Assembly (NCBI GenBank): GCA_964583925.1 | Contig: CAZOXW010000003.1 | Span: 3,297-67,296 of the forward strand | Origin: an uncultured Bacteriovorax sp. | Lineage (GTDB): Bacteria > Bdellovibrionota > Bacteriovoracia > Bacteriovoracales > Bacteriovoracaceae | Length of the DNA stretch: 64,000 bases | Direction: 5' to 3' | Shown: in pieces, positions 57,379-64,000 of the stretch | How the letters are laid out: every line of letters starts with the position of its first letter | Position numbering within the stretch: position 1 is the first letter of the stretch | The notes under the pieces: generated by a model | The model's database searches: none | What the model was told of the DNA's origin: nothing | What the model saw: the letters and a program-made list of their open reading frames with translations, nothing else | Position numbers and translations under genes: made by a program

Positions 57379-59082
57379 ATGAAATATTTTCTAATTAGCT
57401 TTAGTTTATTAATTTTCTTGATTGCATCTAGCATAAATGCAGAACCTACTCCTGACGGAGGCCCTGAGTCAGGAACAGATATCCAAATTCTTGAGCCTTC
57501 TACACCTGAGACAATGACCGAAGCTATCCCTAATAGTGAAGACGAAAGTGAGAAAGAAAAAAATGTCGACAAAACAACAAGTATTATTGATCAGATTGAT
57601 CTTGAAGTACCTCCTCCTGATGTGAAGGATTCTAAAGTTGTAAGTGAAGAAGAATTATTAAAACCGAAATCAAAAAAAACTGATTCAAAAATTAAATCGG
57701 ACAAAATCACAGAAACTGACATCTTCATATCAGAAGCAGACAAATACAAAATTACCAGCGAATATAAAAGTTTAAAATTAAATGATGTAATCGAACAAGG
57801 CCTTCGTAAAAATTATGACCAAGGACTTAGAAATAGAAAAGAAATACTAACCGAATTGGTTTTAGACAGTGAATTTAAAAAATTTTGGTTTCCAGAGGTA
57901 AAGTTAGTTTTAAGCACTGAAAAAACTCTCGTTTCTACTCTGACAAGCTCTAGCAGAATTTCAGGTACAAACCACTCTAAAACGCCAACTGGATCATTCG
58001 GTGTAAGCTTTGGTGATTATACACTTTATAACTGGGGAAAGGATTACGCTCAATACTTAAATACAAAAGCGAGATACACGCGCGAAAAAGAGAGCTACGA
58101 TGAATCAAAAAAAATACTAAAACTAGACTTAATCTATAGTTTTTTTGAGTTGGCCGCTAAGAAGAATATTGAAAAAATTTATCAGGATAAACTTCGTCAA
58201 ACATCATTTGTCTATCGTTTAAACAAAGAACGATTAACGGTAGGTAAAACTTCCCAGCAAGACTACTATCTTTCAAGGTCTGATTATCTTGAATCTCAAT
58301 CAGATTTTCATGAGATGAAAATGAGCACAGAAAGTACTGATGAAAATATGGCATTTCTTATCGCTGATAACGTCGGAACAAGATATATTTTAACCGAACA
58401 ATTAGACTTTAAGCATTTAAAAATTACGCTCACTGAATCGCTAGCGCAGGCCCAAACTTATAATGGAACATTGAAAAATATAAAAACAGAACTCGAAAAT
58501 GCTGAAAGAAGTTACGATATTGCTCAGAAAGAAAATTTACCTTTGCCCAAATTAAGTATGAACCTTGGAGCCTATAAAAAATTTTTTGGTCCCAATACAA
58601 ATCGCACAGTGTATGAAGTTGAGAATGGAAATGGCAAAGTTGAATTAGTTGCAGCAATCAATGCCAGCTGGGATCTTTTTGGCGATGATGGATTTTTAAA
58701 TAAAACCAAATTGAAAAATGCCAGAGTAAATCGCGAAATGGCAAATTACAACCTCGACAAAAATAAGCATTATATTGATTCACAAATTAGAGACTATTAT
58801 AAAAAAGCCATTTCCTATCAAAATCAAATGCTAATTTTAAATGCCAGACTGCCAAGCGTTCAAAAAAGCTACGACATTGTTCTAGACAATTATTTGGCCA
58901 ATAAGTCTAGATACAATGACTATCATCTGGCACTAAATGCCCTAACTGAAACCAAGACGCTCTTAGAAGAGACTAAACTTGGTCATTTAAAGGCTAAACT
59001 TGAGCTGGCAAAATTGATGGGGCTCGACGATTTCCCTGGTGAAAACTTTGAACAACTATCTGTAAAAGTAAAAGGAAAATAA
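57379..59082 (+). CDS. TolC-family outer-membrane channel with long acidic N-terminal extension
   Basis: Signal peptide; two OEP-like repeats (L....V...YF.L; LPKLS....Y; Y..G/KS...D...A). Confidence 0.78.
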   Translation: MKYFLISFSLLIFLIASSINAEPTPDGGPESGTDIQILEPSTPETMTEAIPNSEDESEKEKNVDKTTSIIDQIDLEVPPPDVKDSKVVSEEELLKPKSKKTDSKIKSDKITETDIFISEADKYKITSEYKSLKLNDVIEQGLRKNYDQGLRNRKEILTELVLDSEFKKFWFPEVKLVLSTEKTLVSTLTSSSRISGTNHSKTPTGSFGVSFGDYTLYNWGKDYAQYLNTKARYTREKESYDESKKILKLDLIYSFFELAAKKNIEKIYQDKLRQTSFVYRLNKERLTVGKTSQQDYYLSRSDYLESQSDFHEMKMSTESTDENMAFLIADNVGTRYILTEQLDFKHLKITLTESLAQAQTYNGTLKNIKTELENAERSYDIAQKENLPLPKLSMNLGAYKKFFGPNTNRTVYEVENGNGKVELVAAINASWDLFGDDGFLNKTKLKNARVNREMANYNLDKNKHYIDSQIRDYYKKAISYQNQMLILNARLPSVQKSYDIVLDNYLANKSRYNDYHLALNALTETKTLLEETKLGHLKAKLELAKLMGLDDFPGENFEQLSVKVKGK

Positions 59083-59083
59083 G

Positions 59084-59728
59084 ATGAAATTAATATTTTT
59101 TAGCTTAATCATATTGTCTAAATTAACTTACGGAAGTGAGTTTGATTTTAAATATGAATCTAAATTTGTGCCAGAATTTAAAAATCGTTTTTCCTTTCTT
59201 GTGGGTGGTTACCCAAGTATGACGAAGACTAATCAATTAATGAATTTTCATGGCGCCTATTCATATAATATGGAAAATAATGTTTGGTGGGATTTCAATT
59301 TTACAATGACAAAAGGAAATTTTAATCGATTCACAACAAACAACCAAAGTGCAACGAATGTCACAAGCACAACCTTAGATGAAAATACTCAAAGCTCAAG
59401 TCAAATAGGCTTTGGCGCTGGAATTCTTTATGAAACAAATTATATTCAAAACCTTGTCCCATTTGAAAAGATGTATGAATTAATTAGCGCCAGCTTAACT
59501 TATAATTATTTTAAAGATACTAATGTAAATGAAACATTCACAGGGCCTGGAATAATGGCCAAGCTTTCTATTCTGAAACGTTTTTCTGACTTTGTATCTA
59601 TCGGTGGTAATATGATATACAACTTGGCAGTCGTAAAACGTAGTGCTCTAGATAATGAAACAAGTGGTGAAGCATCACTAACATTGAGCCATTTTACAAT
59701 TGGTCTTGACTTAAGTTTATATTTATAA
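59084..59728 (+). CDS. Exported protein, probable outer-membrane beta-barrel
   Basis: Signal peptide; amphipathic strands; C-terminal IGLDLSLYL. Confidence 0.55.
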   Translation: MKLIFFSLIILSKLTYGSEFDFKYESKFVPEFKNRFSFLVGGYPSMTKTNQLMNFHGAYSYNMENNVWWDFNFTMTKGNFNRFTTNNQSATNVTSTTLDENTQSSSQIGFGAGILYETNYIQNLVPFEKMYELISASLTYNYFKDTNVNETFTGPGIMAKLSILKRFSDFVSIGGNMIYNLAVVKRSALDNETSGEASLTLSHFTIGLDLSLYL

Positions 59729-59748
59729 CATTTACTTGGAGGTAGATT

Positions 59749-61056
59749 GTGATCCCTCGCTATGAACATAAAGAAATTGCCAACGTATGGACAGACGACT
59801 TTAAATTTCAAACTTTTTTAGAGGTCGAGCTTGCTTTACTTGAAGTTCTTGAAAAACAAAATACCATTCCAAAAAATACAGCCTCTAAGATTAGAGAAAT
59901 TGCCAAAATCAATCCAGTGCGAATAACTGAAATTGAGGCCCAAACAAGGCATGATGTAATTGCCTTTTGTACTTCAATCACTGAACAAGTGCCAACTGAA
60001 GTTGGTAAATACTTTCACTACGGAGTCACAAGTTCTGATGTCATCGATACAGGCCTAAATCTTCAAATAAAAAAAAGTTTAGAAATAATATTACCTATCT
60101 ATGAAAAACTTCTTATCACATTAAAAGATTTTTCAATTAAATATAAATCTCTCATGACCTTTGGCCGCAGTCATGGAATTTATGCAGAGCCAATGAGCTT
60201 CGGTCAAAAATTTCTTGGCCATTATTGTGAATTTAAACGTAGATATGATGAACTTGTACATTTTTATAAAAATGATTTAACTCTGCAACTTTCTGGCGCA
60301 GTTGGAAATTACACAATACTATCGCCACAAATAGAAGAAGAAGTTGCAAAAAAACTTAACTTGCTAGTTGAACCTGTATCAACCCAAGTTATTCCAAGGG
60401 ATCGAATTGCAAAACTTATTTCAATCACATCCTTAATTGCAAATTCTATTGAGCGCATCGCGGTTGAAATACGTCACCTTCATCATTCTGACATTGCAGA
60501 GGTATCAGAAGGATTTAAAAAGGGGCAAAAAGGTTCTTCTACGATGCCACATAAAAAAAATCCAATCTCTGGAGAGAACTTAACTGGTCTTTCACGATAT
60601 CTAAGATCCCATCTTACATTAGCATTAGAAAATGCTATTCTTTGGCATGAGCGCGATATCAGTCACTCTTCAGCAGAGCGCCTTTTTCTCCCAGATCATT
60701 TTGGAATTTTAGCCTATGCACTTACGAGACTAGAGGACACCATTTCAAATCTAGAAGTAAACGAATCTTATATTGAAGAAAAAGTAATGAAACATGCTCA
60801 CTACCTATCTTCATATTATCTTCATGAATTAATTTCAAATGTATCAGAACTAAAAAGAGAAGATCTCTATACCATTGTTCAAAAAGTATCTTTCAATGAA
60901 GTGGCAAGAAAAAATCCGGACTCGTTTAGATCTGAAATAGAAAAAGAACTAAAGGCACTCTCTATCTCAATAACTCTTCCTAAAATGGATGAAAATGAAA
61001 TAAGAAGAATATACTTAAAACATGTAGATGCTGTATTTAAAAGGGCCCTAGAGTAA
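59749..61056 (+). CDS. purB: Adenylosuccinate lyase
   Basis: TRHDV.AF, HYG.TSSD, GRSHG..AEP, GAVG.Y, STQV.PRD, GSS.MPHKKNP, LWHERDISHSS.ER; GTG start with GGAGG RBS. Confidence 0.97.
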   Translation: MIPRYEHKEIANVWTDDFKFQTFLEVELALLEVLEKQNTIPKNTASKIREIAKINPVRITEIEAQTRHDVIAFCTSITEQVPTEVGKYFHYGVTSSDVIDTGLNLQIKKSLEIILPIYEKLLITLKDFSIKYKSLMTFGRSHGIYAEPMSFGQKFLGHYCEFKRRYDELVHFYKNDLTLQLSGAVGNYTILSPQIEEEVAKKLNLLVEPVSTQVIPRDRIAKLISITSLIANSIERIAVEIRHLHHSDIAEVSEGFKKGQKGSSTMPHKKNPISGENLTGLSRYLRSHLTLALENAILWHERDISHSSAERLFLPDHFGILAYALTRLEDTISNLEVNESYIEEKVMKHAHYLSSYYLHELISNVSELKREDLYTIVQKVSFNEVARKNPDSFRSEIEKELKALSISITLPKMDENEIRRIYLKHVDAVFKRALE

Positions 61057-62121
61057 ATCTTCTCTACTTCCTTTTAATCTTCCTACGATGTTTTTTATTT
61101 CTTGTGAGCTTGAGACTGGTGCAATTAAAACCACTTTATCATTAACAACGACAATGTGATCTTTTAAATCAATTAGGCTTACAAAGTGCTTCGGAGCATA
61201 GACTATATTCCCATTTGAATTTAAAAATTCATTCCCAGAAGCTTTAACTACAGTATTGCCATTGGTTTCTGGAACGACACTTGAAAGCGCATCCCAAGAT
61301 CCCAAGTCATTCCAATCAAAGTTGGCAGGTATAACACTAATTCTATTTGTTTTTTCTAGAACTGCATAATCAAATGAATCAGATGGAATTTTAGCATAGC
61401 TCAATTTTAGTTTCTCAAAATTTCCAATATCTTTTTGAAGTTCTTTAAAATGCTCAAACATTTTCGGTGCATGCTTTTCAAACTCCTCAAGCAAGACCTT
61501 TATCGGTGATACAAACATCCCGGCATTCCACAAATATTTTCCAGATGAAACATATTCTTTTGCTAACTCAAAGTGAGGCTTTTCTTTAAAGCGCGACACT
61601 TTAAAAGACTCTGCTTTATAAAGTTCTCCTTTTTCAATATAACCAAAACCGGTGTGAGGAAAATTTGGAGTAATCCCAATGGTTACAATCTCATTATTTT
61701 GAGAGGAGATCTGAGCGGCCTTAAAAATAGTATCTCTAAATCCAACCTTATTTAAAATAACATGATCAGATGGAACGATAACAACGACAGAATTCTCATC
61801 TACGCCATCAGATAGAAGTTTTGCGAGAGAAAGCATTATACAAGGCCCTGTATTTCTTCCTTCTGGTTCAAATACAATCGACTTAATTTTATTTTGAGTA
61901 GATTTTATACATAAGGCCTCTTGATCTTTGACTGTTATGACGTAGCGATTTTTTGATTCTATAAGCCCATCAAAACGATCACAGCTTTCTTCTAATAGGG
62001 ATTTTTCACTAAAAATTGATAGATATTGCTTGGGCCTTAAGGCCGTTGACTCTGGCCAAAAACGTGTTCCCTTTCCACCGGCCATAATCAGGCCAATAAT
62101 ATTTTCTTTTTTTACTGTCAT
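61048..62121 (-). CDS. manC: Mannose-1-phosphate guanylyltransferase
   Basis: MAGGKGTRFWP.S...PKQ.L, EPEGRNT.P, PSDH, TG.GYI, F.EKP, WNAGMF, S.DYAVLEK, W.DLGSW; no isomerase domain. Confidence 0.9.
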   Translation of the reverse strand: MTVKKENIIGLIMAGGKGTRFWPESTALRPKQYLSIFSEKSLLEESCDRFDGLIESKNRYVITVKDQEALCIKSTQNKIKSIVFEPEGRNTGPCIMLSLAKLLSDGVDENSVVVIVPSDHVILNKVGFRDTIFKAAQISSQNNEIVTIGITPNFPHTGFGYIEKGELYKAESFKVSRFKEKPHFELAKEYVSSGKYLWNAGMFVSPIKVLLEEFEKHAPKMFEHFKELQKDIGNFEKLKLSYAKIPSDSFDYAVLEKTNRISVIPANFDWNDLGSWDALSSVVPETNGNTVVKASGNEFLNSNGNIVYAPKHFVSLIDLKDHIVVVNDKVVLIAPVSSSQEIKNIVGRLKGSREDLL

Positions 62122-62133
62122 AAAATGAAGTTC

Positions 62134-62769
62134 CTACGGCATTTTAATGATTGTATAATCTTGCCCAATAAAAAGAGATTTTTCCTTAGCAATATATGAT
62201 TTTGCTTCTTCTTGATTAGAAAATGCTCCAAGGCTAACACGAAACCACGTTCCTTTCCCTTTGATTTCAATTTCATTAATGATCGGATCATATCCACGCG
62301 CTTTAAAACCTTCTGCAAAATCCTCTGCTTCTTTTAAGGTTCGGTGACTACCAAGTTGAATTGTAAATTTGCCACTCATTGAATCCATTTTGGAATCCAT
62401 TTTGGCATCGGCTTTGTGGCCAGGCTCAGTTGACATATTTGGAGCATGAGCATCAGTTGCGTGCCCCATCCCTGCCTCTCCACCAAATTCACTATTGATT
62501 TTTTCTTGTAGCTTATTTTCAATATCAGAACTTTCTACTGTATGAGCATCTTTATTTTTTTTAATTTCTGCCAACTCTTCTTCATTTTGAGAAAGAAGCT
62601 CTACAACTTTTTTCTTATCCTCTTCCGTTATTCCAGTAAGATCGTAAGAGTATTTTCTACCTACTTTCACTCCAAAAACAAATGAAGTGACAGCAATCAA
62701 AATCATAAAAATGAAAATTAGAGCAACTTCTTTTCTTGCGAAAACAAATAATTTAGTTTTTGAGTCCAT
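62134..62769 (-). CDS. SPOR-domain cell-division-type membrane protein
   Basis: N-terminal TM; C-terminal FTIQLGS...A......L/F...GY, WFRV.LG.F...EA. Confidence 0.88.
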   Translation of the reverse strand: MDSKTKLFVFARKEVALIFIFMILIAVTSFVFGVKVGRKYSYDLTGITEEDKKKVVELLSQNEEELAEIKKNKDAHTVESSDIENKLQEKINSEFGGEAGMGHATDAHAPNMSTEPGHKADAKMDSKMDSMSGKFTIQLGSHRTLKEAEDFAEGFKARGYDPIINEIEIKGKGTWFRVSLGAFSNQEEAKSYIAKEKSLFIGQDYTIIKMP

Positions 62770-62887
62770 AGTAAAATAATAAACCCGAACATAAGTTCCT
62801 GCAATTTATAATTTTACTAAAGTTTAATATTTAAACCATATCCCGACAAAAAACATCAGAAAATCCGTAGATTAGCCTCCCCACTCA

Positions 62888-62904
62888 TCGGCACCCGAAA
62901 TGCA
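62888..62904 (+). promoter_or_regulatory. Putative sigma-54 (-24/-12) promoter of the flp pilin
   Basis: TCGGCACCCGAAATGCA: GG(62890-91)-N10-GC(62902-03) with GGCAC and TGCA consensus blocks, 24 nt before the ATG. Confidence 0.62.
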
Positions 62905-62927
62905 AATAGGAATAAACGGAGGTACCA

Positions 62928-63101
62928 ATGAAAAAAATAATAAAGAATCAAAAAGGCCAAGGAGTTTTAGAGTACGTGATTATCTCAAGCTTAGTGGGGC
63001 TTGTTTGTATTGGAGCTGTCAAGGGATTTGGAAAAGTCGTAAATGAAAGAATCAATAAAATGAAAGAATCAGTCGTTAAAAACATCGATATCAAAGTCTA
63101 A
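62928..63101 (+). CDS. flp: Flp (type IVb/Tad) pilin, 57 aa, not in ORF track
   Basis: Hand translation MKKIIKNQKG/QGVLEYVIISSLVGLVCIGAVKGFGKVVNERINKMKESVVKNIDIKV; G|xxxxEY Flp motif; GGAGG RBS. Confidence 0.88.
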   Translation: MKKIIKNQKGQGVLEYVIISSLVGLVCIGAVKGFGKVVNERINKMKESVVKNIDIKV

Positions 63102-63250
63102 TGCTAGTTCTAAACCAAATTATTAATCTAAGCATTCTTATTACCGTGATTATAAAACTAGTCACGGTAACCTCATTTCACATCAAAAAAATGAATGACC
63201 TGAATCAAATTTCAATACACCAAACAAGAGAACTCCAAAATGTTAAATAA
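63101..63250 (+). CDS. Small hydrophobic protein (49 aa) coupled to flp
   Basis: TAATG overlap with the flp stop; MLVLNQIINLSILITVIIKLVTVTSFHIKK...; overlaps the next gene's start. Confidence 0.45.
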   Translation: MLVLNQIINLSILITVIIKLVTVTSFHIKKMNDLNQISIHQTRELQNVK

Positions 63251-63821
63251 CAAAGGAACATTCAGCTTAGTTGGAATTCTCTTCCTACTATTAATTTCTA
63301 GCATATTTTATCTGGCCCTATTGATTTCAAAAATAAATTTTTTTGAAGTCAAAAATCGAAATGAAACCTATCAATGCTTCATAGACTATACAGAGGCAAG
63401 TGTGCATTTTACAAAAAAAATAGAATCGCTGAATAAGGCCATTATTAGTTTGAAAATTGCAAGTCTCATTCCTGGAGCTCAGGGCACCACAAAGACGACA
63501 ATTGAAATATTAAAAAACTCACAAAATATTCTCCTTACTTTATATATGAAAAAAGTCAGTGCATTTAAGACTTGTGATTTGAAAATCAAAATAAAACTAA
63601 TTAAAAACATCCCCTATCTTCATACTGCTGTAATTCTTCAGAGGGGCCCTGATGAATTAACAATAAAAAAGGAAAAATTATGGACAATAAATTTCGATTT
63701 AAATTCTCCACATATCAGAAAGAATGCCAAATTCAAAATTGTCGCGGATTATTTCTTCACAGAAAAAAGCGTATTAAAAACAAAATTCATCGAACAAAAG
63801 AAGCTGGCCTTTCAACTTTAG
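63240..63821 (+). CDS. Tad/pseudopilin-like protein
   Basis: MLNNKG followed by a hydrophobic helix (class III signal-like); located downstream of flp. Confidence 0.55.
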   Translation: MLNNKGTFSLVGILFLLLISSIFYLALLISKINFFEVKNRNETYQCFIDYTEASVHFTKKIESLNKAIISLKIASLIPGAQGTTKTTIEILKNSQNILLTLYMKKVSAFKTCDLKIKIKLIKNIPYLHTAVILQRGPDELTIKKEKLWTINFDLNSPHIRKNAKFKIVADYFFTEKSVLKTKFIEQKKLAFQL

Positions 63822-63961
63822 AACTTCTGATTTGGATAAGTCTTATCTTAGTTTTGGCCCAGGCCTTTGTTGATTCTGCAATACACTATCAAAAAAAAAC
63901 CTATCAACTTTATAAGGAAATAGAAGATGCAAGCAAAAGATATCAAAGAATTTGGACTTAA
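63680..63961 (+). CDS. Pilin/pseudopilin-like protein, start uncertain
   Basis: KEAG|LSTLELLIWISLILVL prepilin motif with Glu at +5. Confidence 0.5.
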   Translation: MDNKFRFKFSTYQKECQIQNCRGLFLHRKKRIKNKIHRTKEAGLSTLELLIWISLILVLAQAFVDSAIHYQKKTYQLYKEIEDASKRYQRIWT

Positions 63962-64000
63962 AGAAAAAATAGAACAAGAAAATAACTTGATAAAAGGCCT
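63927..64000 (+). CDS. Possible ORF start running off the right edge
   Basis: ATG 63927 after AAGGA; open frame MQAKDIKEFGLKEKIEQENNLIKG. Confidence 0.3.
   Translation, partial: MQAKDIKEFGLKEKIEQENNLIKG

Noticed and set aside
2395-59811. Short antisense or alternate-frame ORFs in the track (e.g. 2395, 3645, 4323, 9045, 10726, 13063, 13852, 14561, 15642, 16679, 18293, 18378, 20241, 20831, 21726, 26848, 27312, 29832, 32301, 33269, 34548, 34820, 35966, 37118, 37377, 38646, 45113, 45939, 49090, 49717, 53939, 55619, 55866, 56250, 57360, 58157, 58430, 59506; also 61573 and 62118 beyond this range)
   Set aside because: They lie within well-supported genes and have no recognisable motifs; the poly-PE and poly-VQ frames are by-products of the GS repeat
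62381-62404. 12-bp tandem duplication in the SPOR gene (KMDS x2)
   Set aside because: Only two in-frame copies in a disordered linker; no functional implication
62850-62927. c-di-GMP-I riboswitch-like words (GGCAC, GAAA, GCAAA) before flp
   Set aside because: The P2/P3 stems cannot be formed; the bases fit a sigma-54 promoter better

Overview
AT-rich bacterial chromosome segment. Gene content (Agl-Glt-like motility operon, Flp/Tad pilin, type III glutamine synthetase, kdsB-pyrG-kdsA-kdsC order) suggests a Bdellovibrionota predator, probably Bacteriovoracaceae-like; this is inference, not a database result. Housekeeping genes: serC, murD, glnA, guaAB, dsbD, ldcA, gpsA, kdsABC, pyrG, purB, manC. 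Accessory blocks: (i) a coupled pair of lipoprotein PLD-superfamily enzymes at the left edge; (ii) a compact Agl-Glt-like operon headed by a vWA/MIDAS lipoprotein with a (Gly-Ser)14 repeat; (iii) an apparent four-gene operon, ATP-grasp ligase > divergent SelO-like nucleotidyltransferase > MATE exporter > unannotated 52-aa Lys/Tyr-rich peptide, which is the best candidate for an undescribed system; (iv) an srsABC-like type III PKS cluster with YceI; (v) the start of a Tad locus with a sigma-54-type promoter and an Flp pilin missing from the ORF track. Five short or edge ORFs absent from the track were translated by hand, plus the truncated PLD. No rRNA, tRNA, CRISPR array or transposase was recognised. 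All family calls come from motif recognition by eye; no searches were run.
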